Under the pieces are notes generated by a model. The model was given only the letters and a program-made list of their open reading frames with translations, was not told where the DNA came from and did no database searches. The position numbers and the translations under genes are program-made. Positions 17,719-27,790 of a DNA stretch of 64,000 bases are shown piece by piece (the first letter of the stretch is position 1; the number at the start of each line of letters is the position of its first letter). The stretch spans positions 3,872,001 to 3,936,000 of the forward strand of contig OY970399.1 in the NCBI GenBank assembly GCA_963720545.1. Reading direction: 5' to 3'. Origin of the DNA: an uncultured Acidobacteriota bacterium (GTDB lineage: Bacteria > Acidobacteriota > Vicinamibacteria > Fen-336).

Positions 17719-18509
17719 TTGAGGAACAGGGGCGGGAAAGTGGCGTCGACCAGCAGGGTGGCGAGGATCATGAACACCACCGAGGTCGTGGTGTTGCGGC
17801 CCACCCCCTCGGCGCCGCCACGGGTGAGCAGTCCCATGTGGCAGGAGATCATCGGGATGATGAAGCCGAAGGCGAATGCCTTCAGCAGCGAGTAGAAGAA
17901 GTCCCAGTTGTGCCAGAAGAGGCGTGCGCCGTAGAAGAACGCCTCGCTGCCGAGGCCGACTGTGGCCTGGGCCGACACCTGGCCGGCGAACAGCCCGACG
18001 CCGTTCGCGAAGCCGACCAGGAGCGGCATGCAGATGATGCCGGCGATGAGGCGCGGCGCCGCCAGCGCCGCCACCGGGTCGCGGCCGAGCGAGTAGAGCG
18101 CGTCGATCTGCTCCGAGACCTGCATGGTGCCGATCTGCGCGGTGTTGCGCGCACCCACCCGGCCGATGACCACGAACGCGGTCATAACCGGGCCGAGTTC
18201 GAGCACCACGCTGTTCGCGACCACGCTGCCGAGGATGTAGAGCGGGATGTTGCCGGTGAACTGGTAGCCGCCCTGCATCGACATGACGATGCCCGAAAGC
18301 ACCGCAGTGAGGAACACGAGCGGCGCGCTGCGCACCCCGGTTTCGTGCATTTCCGTGAAGATGTCGCGCCACGCCACCTTGCCGCGGACGGTGGCGACCA
18401 CGATCTGGCTGAACAGGCTCCATAGACCTGCGGCATGTCGGGCGGTGCCGAGAGCCACCCGGGCTATGGTGCGAAAAAAGGCCAGTAGTTTCCCGACAAT
18501 GAAGTCCAT
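17715..18509 (-). CDS. mlaE: ABC transporter permease, MlaE family
   Basis: ELGPVMTAFVVIGRVGA, GTMQVSEQIDAL, GGAEGVGRNTTTSVV. Confidence 0.92.
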   Translation of the reverse strand: MDFIVGKLLAFFRTIARVALGTARHAAGLWSLFSQIVVATVRGKVAWRDIFTEMHETGVRSAPLVFLTAVLSGIVMSMQGGYQFTGNIPLYILGSVVANSVVLELGPVMTAFVVIGRVGARNTAQIGTMQVSEQIDALYSLGRDPVAALAAPRLIAGIICMPLLVGFANGVGLFAGQVSAQATVGLGSEAFFYGARLFWHNWDFFYSLLKAFAFGFIIPMISCHMGLLTRGGAEGVGRNTTTSVVFMILATLLVDATFPPLFLN

Positions 18510-18536
18510 GCGCTGGCTTTCGATTGTAGCCGGGGG

Positions 18537-19286
18537 TTAGCGCAGGTCGAAATCAGCCACGATCGGCAGGTGATCGCTGGCGATGCGGCTGACGCGCAGT
18601 TCGCAGGGACGGAAGCGGACGGAGCGGATGGGTCCCCGGTAGTACATCCGGTCGAGCTCGCCCTGGGGGAAGAACGACGGGAAGGTGGCACGCGAGCGCC
18701 GCTCGTTGCCCCTGGCCGTGCGGCCGGCCCGGCGGAAGCCCAGTTCGGTGAGCGGGCCCATCAGGAGCGACCGCCAGTCGTTGAAGTCGCCTGCCACCAG
18801 GCACGGCTGGTCTTCGCCCAGCGACTCGAACACCGCGCTGTCGCGCAATAGCTCCACCTGCAGCTCGCGCTCGCGCGCCGACAGTCCCAGGTGCAGGTTG
18901 AAGATGTCGAGCTTGCGCGCATCGGCCCCCGCACCCGGCTTGATGGCCAGCCGCGTGTGCTGGCAGCCGCGGCGCTTGCGCCTGCCGACGGTCAGGTCGA
19001 TGTGGGTCTTCTTCACGATCGGGAAGCGGCTGAGCGTGGCGTTGCCGTAACGGCCGCGCCACAACGTGACGTTGTGCGACACCGCGACGTGCGGGAAGGC
19101 GAGGGCGTCGGCGAGTTCGTGCGCGAGGTCCATCCCCCGTGAGCGCGGCACGCCTTCGTCCACCTCCTGCAGCAACACGATGTCGGGGTCGTGGTGCGCC
19201 ACGATCGAGGCGATGCGCATCGGCCGGAAGCGCCGGTCGAGCCCAATCGCGCGATGGATGTTGTAGCTGAGGACGCGGATCCTCAA
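18537..19286 (-). CDS. Endonuclease/exonuclease/phosphatase family protein
   Basis: SYNIH, LQEVD, HLGL, GDFNDW, ASDHLP. Confidence 0.9.
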   Translation of the reverse strand: MRIRVLSYNIHRAIGLDRRFRPMRIASIVAHHDPDIVLLQEVDEGVPRSRGMDLAHELADALAFPHVAVSHNVTLWRGRYGNATLSRFPIVKKTHIDLTVGRRKRRGCQHTRLAIKPGAGADARKLDIFNLHLGLSARERELQVELLRDSAVFESLGEDQPCLVAGDFNDWRSLLMGPLTELGFRRAGRTARGNERRSRATFPSFFPQGELDRMYYRGPIRSVRFRPCELRVSRIASDHLPIVADFDLR

Positions 19287-19293
19287 GAGGCTT

Positions 19294-20361
19294 TCACAGC
19301 CAGCCGGCGCGCTTGAACCGCCAGTAGAGCACCACGCAAATGACCGCCATCAGGGTCAGCGAGAACGGATATCCCCACGGCGAGCGAATCTCGGGCATGT
19401 TGGCGAAGTTCATGCCGTAGATGCCGGCGATCATGGTGGGCACCGCGATGATGGCGGCCCAGGCGGCCAGGCGCTTGGTGTCGTCGTTCTGCGACACGGC
19501 GATCAGCGAGAGGTTGGCCTCGAGCGCGGTGTTGAGCAGCTCGCGCTGCGAGTCGATGGTCTCGTTGATCTTGAGGACGTGGTCGTAGATGTCGCGGAAG
19601 TAGACGCGGGTCGCCTCGGGGATCGTCGGGTTGTCCCAGCGCATCAGCCGGTTCGCCACCTCGATCAGCGGCGAGACCGCGCGCTTCAGCGAGATCAGGT
19701 CGCGCTTCAGCGTGTAGATGCGGCTGGTGATGTGGCGGTCCTTGGTCTCGCCGAAGATCTGCTCCTCGAGCGATTCGAGCTCTTCCTCGAGCGCGTGCGC
19801 GATGGGGAAGTACTGGTCGACGACGAAGTCCATGAGCGCGTACAGCACGTACGCGGGCCCCTTGGTGAGCAGCGCCGGCGAGGCCTCGCAGCGCGCGCGC
19901 AGGCCGACGTGCGACTTCATCGAGCCGTGGCGCACGGTGACCACGTAGTTGCGCCCGACGAAGATGTGGGTCTCGCCGAACTCGACGTGGCAGTCGGCCG
20001 CAAGGCTGGCGGTGCGCAGCACCGTGAACAGGCCGTCGCCGTACTGCTCGAGCTTGGCGCGCTGGTGGGCGAGGTGCGCATCCTCGATCGCGAGGTCGTG
20101 CAGGCCGAAGCGGCGCTGGACCTCCTTCAGGAGCTCCTCGCTCGGCTCATACAGGCCGAGCCAGATGAAGGCGCCGTCCCTGGCGAGGTACTCGTCTATG
20201 CGCTCGAGCGGCACCTCGCCGACGCGCACGCCGTCGGCATAGGCCGCGCAATTGATGATGGCCGACTGCGCCTCGGCGGAGAGCGGCGTTGCGGGCTCGA
20301 CTTGTGGGATGGCGGACACAACGGTTGGCCGGATTGTAGGACCGGGCGAGCCGCCGTTCAA
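19294..20361 (-). CDS. corA: Magnesium/cobalt transporter CorA
   Basis: GIYGMNF signature, two C-terminal TM helices. Confidence 0.93.
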   Translation of the reverse strand: MNGGSPGPTIRPTVVSAIPQVEPATPLSAEAQSAIINCAAYADGVRVGEVPLERIDEYLARDGAFIWLGLYEPSEELLKEVQRRFGLHDLAIEDAHLAHQRAKLEQYGDGLFTVLRTASLAADCHVEFGETHIFVGRNYVVTVRHGSMKSHVGLRARCEASPALLTKGPAYVLYALMDFVVDQYFPIAHALEEELESLEEQIFGETKDRHITSRIYTLKRDLISLKRAVSPLIEVANRLMRWDNPTIPEATRVYFRDIYDHVLKINETIDSQRELLNTALEANLSLIAVSQNDDTKRLAAWAAIIAVPTMIAGIYGMNFANMPEIRSPWGYPFSLTLMAVICVVLYWRFKRAGWL

Positions 20362-21870
20362 TGACGGCGGCGCGCCTTTGGCTTGACGAGCCCCTCGTAG
20401 ACCGCCCGCCCGTCCGGGTACTGAGGGCGGTTCCCCGGCGCCTGCTGCAGGAGGGCCAGGAACTCGGGCTCGAGCGCGGGGCCGCCGAGATCCTTGACGA
20501 GCTCGATCGCCCGGGCGGCGTGGCCGAGCACCTGGACCGGTTCGAGCCCGGCGATGTCGTCGAAGAAGAAGCCGCAGCTCGCGAGCATCAGCACCGCCTG
20601 GCGGCGCGCTTCAAGCAGCGCCAGGGCGCGTTCGCGCACCTCCGCATTGCGGCGGGCCAGATGGCGCGAGTAGAAGGCCTCGTACGCGTTGCCGTCCACC
20701 GGCCGCGCCAGATCGACGGATTCGATGAGCGCCTGCGCCGGGTCCTTCAGCACCGCGGCGGCTGCCGTGGCATAGAACGCCGCGACCTGCGCCGCGGCGA
20801 AATCGACCGCCGAGCGCAGGCCCACGCGCCACTGCTGCTGCCAGCCCGCGCGGCCGGTGCTGCAGCCGCAGTTGCTGCGCCAGCGCTCGACTCCGTGCAC
20901 GCAGCTCCACGACGTGTTGGGCTCGATCTCGACCACGTCTTTCGGCGGATGCCGGCTGAGGAACTCGGCGTAGTTGGTGAGGGCGAACGACCCGGACTGC
21001 TCGATGAGGCGCGTGGCATAGCGCGAGGCCCATGTCGCCGAACTTGTGGTGGTGGCCGTAGGTCTCGCCGTCGGTTGCCACGTGCGAGAGGCGCGTGCCG
21101 CGCGCCGGGCCTTGCAGGGGCGTGGTGAGGCGTGCGGCGAAGGCGGCGCCGTCAGCCAGCAGCTTCTCGAACGCGATCGCCCGCGACGTCGGGCCGTCGT
21201 AGAAGAAGATCGCGATCTCGCGACCCGAAGGCAGCGGGCAACGGTAGGCGCGGGTGGTGTCGATCGAGGCGTTTGGAACCGCGGTGAAGGCGCCCTTGCC
21301 CTGCGGCTGCACCCGCCGCGCCTGGTGCGGCGCCAGGATCGTGAATCGCACCGAGTGGCGCGCCAGCGCCTCGAGGCTAGCCACGTCCACGGCGGTCTCG
21401 GCGAGCCACATGCCGTCGGCGGAGCGGCCGAAGCGCGAGTGGAAGTCGCGCAAACCCCAGACGACCTGCAGGTCCTGGTCGGCCGCCGACGCCAGCGGCA
21501 GGATGGCATGCGAATAGGCCTGCGCCATCGCCGAGCCGTGGCCCGAGAACCGCAGGGCGCTCTCGCCGTCGGCCGCGACGATCGCCGCATGGGTCGCGGG
21601 CGCCTTGCGCTCCAGCCAGTCGAGGAGCGTCGGCCCGAAGTTCCAGCTGATGCGCGCGTAGTTGTTCACTTCCTCGGCGACCGTACCGCCCGGCCCGAGG
21701 ATGCGGGCGTGGGCATTCGGCTCGTAGCACTCGCTGGCGATGCGCTCGTTCCAGTCGTGGAAGGGCGCCGCCGATTTCTCGGCGTCCACCTCGCCGGTCC
21801 ACGGGTTCTCGCGCGGCGGCTGGTAGAAGTGCCCGTGAATGGCCACGAGGCGCGTGGCGGCGCGCTTCAA
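20358..21870 (-). CDS. Glycoside hydrolase family 57 / DUF3536 protein; +1 frameshift at ~21021
   Basis: IHGHFYQPPRENPW, GMWLAETAVD, ATDGETYGHH, then in the other frame SWSCVHGVERWRSNCGC, SCGFFFDD. Confidence 0.88.
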
Positions 21871-23819
21871 CGAGCGGCCTTGCGAGGCTGGCGGCCCGGC
21901 TTGAGGAAGACGGCGCCGAGCGGCGGCAGGGTGAGCGACAGCCTTGCCGGCCAGTCGCGATGCGACTGCGCGGTCGCCGTGGCGCCGCCGAGGTTGCCGA
22001 CTCCGCTGCCGTCGTATTCCGCGGCGTCGCTGTTCAGCACCTCGCGCCAGTAACCCTTCTTCGGCACACCCACGTGGTAGTCGTAGCGCGCCACCGGGGT
22101 GAAATTGAAGACGGCGATGATCATGTCGCCCGGTTTCTTGCCACGGCGCACCACGCTGAGGACGCTCAGCGGCGAGTCGTCGCACTCGAGCCACTGGAAG
22201 CCCTTCGGGTCGAAGTCGAGGACGCTCAGCGCCGGTTCGCGCCGGTACAGCCGGTTGAGCGACGCCACGAAGTCGCGCAGGCCGCGGTGGCTCGGGAACT
22301 CGAGCACCTCCCACTCGAGGCCGCGGTCGTGGCTCCACTCCTTCCAGGAGCCGAATTCGCTGCCCATGAACAGCAGCTTCTTGCCCGGCAGCGCCCACAT
22401 GTACGCGAACAGCAGGCGCACGTTGGCGAACTTCTGCCACTCGTCGCCCGGCATCTTGCCGACCAGAGGGCTCTTGCCGTGCACCACCTCGTCGTGCGAG
22501 AGCGGCAGCACGAAGTTCTCGTTGTAGGCGTACATCATGCGGAAGGTGAGGTCGTCGTGGTGGTGCGAGCGGAAGAACGCGTCCCACTTCAGGTACTTGA
22601 GCGTGTCGTGCATCCAGCCCAGGTCCCACTTCATCGTGAAGCCGAGGCCGCCGATGTCCACCGGCCGCGTCACCATCGGCCAGTCGGTCGATTCCTCCGC
22701 GACCGTCTGCACGTCGGGGAACGCCTTGAACACTTCGGCGTTGAAGCGCCGCAGGAACGCGACCGCCTCGATGTTCTCGCGGCCGCCGTGCCGGTTCGGC
22801 AGCCACTCGCCGGCCTTGCGCGAGAAGTCGAGGTAGAGCATGGACGCGACCGCGTCGACGCGGAAGCCGTCGGCGTGATAGTGCTCGAGCCAGAAGAGCG
22901 CGCTCGAGAGCAGGAAGCTGCACACCTCGCCGCGGCCGTAGTTGAAGATCGAGCTGTGCCAGTCGGGATGATGGCCCTGTCGCGGGTCGGCGTGCTCGTA
23001 GAGGTGCGTGCCGTCGAAGTAGCCGAGGCCGTGTTCGTCGGTGGGGAAATGCGAGGGCACCCAGTCGAGCAGCACGCCGATGCCGGCGCGGTGCAGCGTG
23101 TCCACCAGGAACATGAAGTCCTGGGGTGTGCCGTAGCGGCTCGAGGGCGCGAAGTAGCCGGTTGTCTGGTAGCCCCACGACGCGTAGTAGGGATGCTCCA
23201 TGACCGGCAGGAACTCGACGTGGGTGAAGCCCATCTCGTTGAGATAGGCCGGCAGCGTTTCGGCCAGGCCCCGGTAGGTCGGCAGCTGCTGCGGCTGCGC
23301 CGGATCCCGCCGCCACGAGCCGAGGTGCATCTCGTAGATCGAGATCGGTGCCCCGAGCGCGTTGCGCTCCGCGCGCGAGCGCAGCCACGACTCGTCCTGC
23401 CAGTCGTACGCGAGGTCCCACACGACCGAAGCGGTTTGCGGCGGCGTCTCGCAGCGCAGCGCGAGCGGGTCGGCCTTGTCCACCGTGTACCCGCCCTGTG
23501 TGGAGACGAGGTGGTACTTGTACAAGGCGCCGGCCGCAACGCCGGGGACGAACGCTTCCCAGACGCCCGAGCCGCTGCGCTGGACCATCGGGTGCCGCTT
23601 CACGTCCCAGCCGTTGAAATCGCCCGCGACGCTCACCGAGCGCGCGTTCGGCGCCCACACCGCGAAGAAGGTGCCGTCACGGCCGCCGCTGCTCACCCGG
23701 TGCGCGCCGAGCTTCTCGTGCAGCCGGACGTGCGAGCCCTCGGCGAACAGGTACAGGTCCTGGTCGCCGAGAAGCGTGCCATCGGCGAGCACCGGCAGCG
23801 GAATGCTGGCACTGGACAA
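21867..23819 (-). CDS. glgB: 1,4-alpha-glucan branching enzyme
   Basis: FAVWAPNA, YEMHLGSW, GFRVDAVASMLY, AEEST, LSHDEVVHGK. Confidence 0.97.
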   Translation of the reverse strand: MSSASIPLPVLADGTLLGDQDLYLFAEGSHVRLHEKLGAHRVSSGGRDGTFFAVWAPNARSVSVAGDFNGWDVKRHPMVQRSGSGVWEAFVPGVAAGALYKYHLVSTQGGYTVDKADPLALRCETPPQTASVVWDLAYDWQDESWLRSRAERNALGAPISIYEMHLGSWRRDPAQPQQLPTYRGLAETLPAYLNEMGFTHVEFLPVMEHPYYASWGYQTTGYFAPSSRYGTPQDFMFLVDTLHRAGIGVLLDWVPSHFPTDEHGLGYFDGTHLYEHADPRQGHHPDWHSSIFNYGRGEVCSFLLSSALFWLEHYHADGFRVDAVASMLYLDFSRKAGEWLPNRHGGRENIEAVAFLRRFNAEVFKAFPDVQTVAEESTDWPMVTRPVDIGGLGFTMKWDLGWMHDTLKYLKWDAFFRSHHHDDLTFRMMYAYNENFVLPLSHDEVVHGKSPLVGKMPGDEWQKFANVRLLFAYMWALPGKKLLFMGSEFGSWKEWSHDRGLEWEVLEFPSHRGLRDFVASLNRLYRREPALSVLDFDPKGFQWLECDDSPLSVLSVVRRGKKPGDMIIAVFNFTPVARYDYHVGVPKKGYWREVLNSDAAEYDGSGVGNLGGATATAQSHRDWPARLSLTLPPLGAVFLKPGRQPRKAAR

Positions 23820-23844
23820 GATGCGCGCAGGCTAAGCTGCGGGG

Positions 23845-25152
23845 ATGAAGCGCGCAATCCCGATCCTCGCCTTCTGCTCATTGCTTTTCGCCGCGTGCGG
23901 CGACCTGCCGTCGAGCGCCGGCGGCGATCCCGGGACCGCCTCGTGCACGGTGGTGCAGGCGAACACGCTCGTCGCCAACACCATGAAGGACTGGTACTTC
24001 TGGTACCACGACCTGCCCGACGTCAACCCGGCGAGCTACGCATCGCCCGAGGCCTACCTCGAGGCTGTGCGCTTCCGGCCCATCGACGAGACCTTCAGCT
24101 TCATCGCCGGCAAGGCCGCCGACAACGCGTTCTTCTCGGACAGCCAGTTCATCGGCTTCGGCGTCGGCATCCTGTTCGTGGGCCGCGATCTCTACGTGTC
24201 GGAGGCGTACCCCGGCTCGCCGGCATCCGAAGCGCACCTTGCGCGCGGCGACCGCTTCGTCTCGATCGGCGGCAAGGCCATCGAGGAGTTGCTCACGAGC
24301 AACACCTTCAACGACGCCTTCGGCGGTGACGAAGTCGGGGTTGCGATCGATGCCGTGGTGCGCACGCCGCAAGGCGCCGAGCGCCCGGTGCACCTGGTGA
24401 AGCGGCTGGTGACCATCCCGACCGTCTCCGATACCCAAGTGTTCCAGGCCGGGCCGCGCAAGATCGGCTACGTGTTCTTCCGCAACTTCGTGGAGCCGTC
24501 CGGCCCGGCGCTGACCACCGCGTTCGCGCAGTTGAAACAAGCGGGAGCCACGGACCTCATCCTCGACCTGCGCTACAACGGCGGCGGGCTCATCTCGGTG
24601 GCGCAGCAGCTGGCGTCGCTCATCGGCGGCACCCGCACCGCCGACCAGGTGTTCGTCGCCTACACGCACAACGACAAGCACACCGACCGCAACACCCAGA
24701 CGAAGTTCCAGGACATCGCCGGTTCCCTGAACCTCGGCTCGCTGGTGGTCATCACCACCGGCGCCTCGGCGTCGGCGAGCGAGCTGATCGTGAACGCGCT
24801 GCGGCCGTTCATCCCGGTCACCATCGTCGGCGCGCGCACCTACGGCAAGCCGGTGGGGCAGTACAGCTTCGACTTCTGCGACAAGGTGCTGCACCCCGTT
24901 TCCTTCGCCACCGTGAACGCCCGCGGCGAAGGCAACTACTTCGGCGGCTTTCCGCCCGACTGCTCCGCCGCTGACGACGTCACGCACCAGATCGGCGACA
25001 CCAACGAGGCGTCGCTCGAGACCGCGCTGCGCTTCGTGAACTCGCGCTCCTGCGGTACTGCGAGCACGGCCAGAGCCGCGGCGGCAGCAGCCGCACAGAC
25101 CCGACGCGTGCCGGCGCGCGACGCGTTTCACGAGCTGATCGGCGCGTACTGA
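23845..25152 (+). CDS. S41 family peptidase lipoprotein with PDZ domain
   Basis: LFAAC lipobox; LDLRYNGGG, SASASE, GARTYGK. Confidence 0.92.
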   Translation: MKRAIPILAFCSLLFAACGDLPSSAGGDPGTASCTVVQANTLVANTMKDWYFWYHDLPDVNPASYASPEAYLEAVRFRPIDETFSFIAGKAADNAFFSDSQFIGFGVGILFVGRDLYVSEAYPGSPASEAHLARGDRFVSIGGKAIEELLTSNTFNDAFGGDEVGVAIDAVVRTPQGAERPVHLVKRLVTIPTVSDTQVFQAGPRKIGYVFFRNFVEPSGPALTTAFAQLKQAGATDLILDLRYNGGGLISVAQQLASLIGGTRTADQVFVAYTHNDKHTDRNTQTKFQDIAGSLNLGSLVVITTGASASASELIVNALRPFIPVTIVGARTYGKPVGQYSFDFCDKVLHPVSFATVNARGEGNYFGGFPPDCSAADDVTHQIGDTNEASLETALRFVNSRSCGTASTARAAAAAAAQTRRVPARDAFHELIGAY

Positions 25153-25215
25153 GCGTGCCAATTCCAATCGGTCCTTGACTTGCCGGCACGCGATCGGCGA
25201 GGCTCGACTCCAGCG

Positions 25216-25608
25216 ATGAAGAAGGCAAAAGCGCGGCCGGCACGAGAGAAGGAAGCTCCCGAAGGGCCGCATCTCAAGTCGGGCACCGCAATCGCCGCCG
25301 AGGCGCTGCGCCGCGGCGTGCTGCCCGACCGGCCGGGCACGGTGGACCGCCGCGTGCTGAACGGCAACAGCGACACCGAACGCATGCGTGTCGGCGATCC
25401 CGACGACGACGCGATGGCCAACGAGTACGTGGGCGACGAAACTCCCGGCGGCAGCGCGCCGACCCCCGACCAGAACGAGGTCGACGAAATCGGGCGCGCG
25501 TACGGCCTGCAGGACGAGGACAGCGGCACCCTGCGCAGCGCGGAGGAGGTCCTCGGCAACCGCGACCGCCACCGCAGCGAGCTGCGGCCGCCGCGCCGCA
25601 GCTCCTGA
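25216..25608 (+). CDS. DUF6335-like acidic protein
   Basis: EYVGDETPGGSAPTPDQNEVDEIGRAYG...RDRHRSEL. Confidence 0.75.
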   Translation: MKKAKARPAREKEAPEGPHLKSGTAIAAEALRRGVLPDRPGTVDRRVLNGNSDTERMRVGDPDDDAMANEYVGDETPGGSAPTPDQNEVDEIGRAYGLQDEDSGTLRSAEEVLGNRDRHRSELRPPRRSS

Positions 25609-25796
25609 GCACGCCGCAGCCGCCGCCCGCGCCGCTTCCTTATCCCACGAGCCTCTGTCACAGCTGCGCCGCGCCGCCGCGCTACGTGACGAGCGACAAG
25701 GGCAGCGTCTTCATCCGTTGCCCAATCCTGAATGCCTACCCGCCGCAGCCGGTCAGCTCCTGCCCCGTGTTCGTCCCGGCCGCTTCCGCCACCTGA
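25605..25796 (+). CDS. Small 4-Cys protein (63 aa), apparent CTG start overlapping the upstream stop
   Basis: Manual translation ...PYPTSLCHSCAAPPRYVTSDKGSVFIRCPILNAYPPQPVSSCPVFVP; exactly fills the gap between genes; absent from ORF track. Confidence 0.6.
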   Translation: MSTPQPPPAPLPYPTSLCHSCAAPPRYVTSDKGSVFIRCPILNAYPPQPVSSCPVFVPAASAT

Positions 25797-25830
25797 GCGC
25801 GCCGCGGCCGCCTTGATAGACTGGCCGCCG

Positions 25831-27612
25831 TTGAATCGGCTCGAGGTTGCGATCGCGGCGGCGCGGGAAGCGGGCGACATGCTGCGCGCGGACTTCCATC
25901 GCCACGGTGGCGCTCGCGGCAGGGGCGACAAGGCCGACGCCGACCTCGAAGCGGAGAACCACATCCGCACGCGGCTGCTGCAGGCGTTTCCCGGAGACGG
26001 CTACCTCGGGGAGGAAACCGGCCGCGTGGCGGGGAAGCCAGGCAGCCGGGTGTGGGTGGTCGACCCGAACGACGGCACCCGCGATTACCTGAAGGGCGCG
26101 CGCGGCAGCAGCGTCTCGATAGCGCTCGTCTGGCGCGGCCGGCCGGTGCTCGGCGTGGTGTTCGCATTCGCCTATCCGGACGGGCGCGGCGACCTTTTCA
26201 CATGGTCGGAGGAGGGCGGCCGGCTGGAACGAAACGGAGTGCGTATCCGCCCGCACCCGGGTGTGTCGCTCGGCGCGCAGGACACGGTGCTGGTGTCGGC
26301 GAGCGGCGCCAACGACCCGCTCACCAACCTGCGGTGCTCGGAACCGGCGCGCTTTCGCACGGTGCCGAGCATCGCGCACCGCCTGGCGCTCGTTGCCGCG
26401 GGCGAGGCGGCGGCGACCTCGTCCATCTTCGGCCCGGTGTCCTGGGACTTTGCGGCGGGCCACGCATTGCTGCGCGGCGCCGGGCGCACGCTGCTCGACC
26501 AGACGCGCACCGAGGTCGTGTACGACGATGCCGGCTGGAGCGCCACCGGCTTCGCCTTCGCGGGCTCGGAGCCGATCGCGAAGCTGCTGGCCGGACGCCG
26601 CTGGGCGCGGCGCGCCTCACCACCGCCAGCGGCCGTGGTGCCGTTCCGCCTCGAACGCGGCCGCGCCATCACCGAATCGGAAGTGCTGTCGCGGGCGCAG
26701 GGCAGCCTGCTCGCGGCGATCGCCGCCGACAACCTCGGTGCCTCGGTCGAGGGCTCGACTGCCGCGCACATCGCACCGCTCATCGGTGCCGGCAGCTTCG
26801 CGGAACTGCAGGACGGCGGCCGCTACGGCCTGCTCGCGGGCCAGCCGTCGGACGACACGGAGATGGCTCTCGTCCTGGCGCGGCTGCTGGTGACGAACGG
26901 CGAGTACGACCCGCGCGCCGCGCGCCGCGCCTATCGCGAGTGGCTGCGCACGCCGCCGCTGTCGCTCGGCTCGCGCACCCGTGCCGCCGTCGAGGGGCGC
27001 CTGGGCGACGACCAGCCGGTCGACTCGAACGGCTCACTGATGCGCGCGGCCCCACTCGGCATCTTCGGCTGGCGGCTGCGGCCGGCGGCGCTCGCGCGCC
27101 TGGCCCGCGAGGAAAGCGCCTCGACCCATCCGGGCCGCATGTGCGGCGACTCGGTGGCGGCGTACGTCATCGCGTTGGCGCATCAGGTGCGCACGGGAGA
27201 GGGCGCCGAGGCGGCCTACGCCGCGGCGCTGCGCTGGGCCGAACGCGAAGCCGTGGCTTCTGTGCGCAACACCCTGCGCCGGGCGCAGCGCGAGCCGCCG
27301 GCCGTGGACGAAGCCGCCGGCTCGGTGCTGACCGCGCTGCACGCCGCCTTTCACGCAAGCCTCACGGAAGACTCGCTGCCCGCCGCGGTCCGCAGCGTCA
27401 TCGCCCGCGGCATGCACACCGACACCAACGCAGCGGTAACCGGCGGCCTGGCCGGCGCGATGCACGGCCGCGAAGGCGTCCCCGACCAGTGGCGCCTGAT
27501 GGTCCTGAGCTGCCGCGCCCACAGCCTGCGCACTGCCCGCCCGCGCCCGCCCGCCCTGTGGCCAACCGACGCGTTGGAACTCGCCGAGCTGCTGCTCCTG
27601 GCAGGCGAGTAG
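25831..27612 (+). CDS. Inositol monophosphatase / ADP-ribosylglycohydrolase fusion (start TTG 25813 or 25831)
   Basis: N-terminal GEE, VDPNDGT, WDFAAG; C-terminal GQPSDDTEMA, NGSLMRAAP, TDTNAAVTGGL. Confidence 0.88.
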   Translation: MNRLEVAIAAAREAGDMLRADFHRHGGARGRGDKADADLEAENHIRTRLLQAFPGDGYLGEETGRVAGKPGSRVWVVDPNDGTRDYLKGARGSSVSIALVWRGRPVLGVVFAFAYPDGRGDLFTWSEEGGRLERNGVRIRPHPGVSLGAQDTVLVSASGANDPLTNLRCSEPARFRTVPSIAHRLALVAAGEAAATSSIFGPVSWDFAAGHALLRGAGRTLLDQTRTEVVYDDAGWSATGFAFAGSEPIAKLLAGRRWARRASPPPAAVVPFRLERGRAITESEVLSRAQGSLLAAIAADNLGASVEGSTAAHIAPLIGAGSFAELQDGGRYGLLAGQPSDDTEMALVLARLLVTNGEYDPRAARRAYREWLRTPPLSLGSRTRAAVEGRLGDDQPVDSNGSLMRAAPLGIFGWRLRPAALARLAREESASTHPGRMCGDSVAAYVIALAHQVRTGEGAEAAYAAALRWAEREAVASVRNTLRRAQREPPAVDEAAGSVLTALHAAFHASLTEDSLPAAVRSVIARGMHTDTNAAVTGGLAGAMHGREGVPDQWRLMVLSCRAHSLRTARPRPPALWPTDALELAELLLLAGE

Positions 27613-27613
27613 C

Positions 27614-27714
27614 CGTCATCGACGGATTGGCTCTCCGTCCCCATCCAATCCGTCGATTTTCGTTCGTTCGTTCTTTCGTTACCCAGGCGCTTGCGTCAGC
27701 GTCCGTTCCTTTGT
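27614..27714 (+). repeat. ~100-nt structured repeat, family B (possible terminator for the upstream gene)
   Basis: Stem ATCGACGGATTGG/CCAATCCGTCGAT at 27618-27657 followed by TTT and the conserved tail. Confidence 0.8.
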
Positions 27715-27720
27715 CTAAAT

Positions 27721-27779
27721 ACTGTGTCCGGACACAGTGACCTCGAGTAGCTTCTCGCGCTACTGCGTCCGGACGCAGT
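27721..27779. repeat. Two 18-bp palindromes ACTGYGTCCGGACRCAGT (family C)
   Basis: 27721-27738 and 27762-27779. Confidence 0.8.
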
Positions 27780-27790
27780 TGGGTTGCAAC

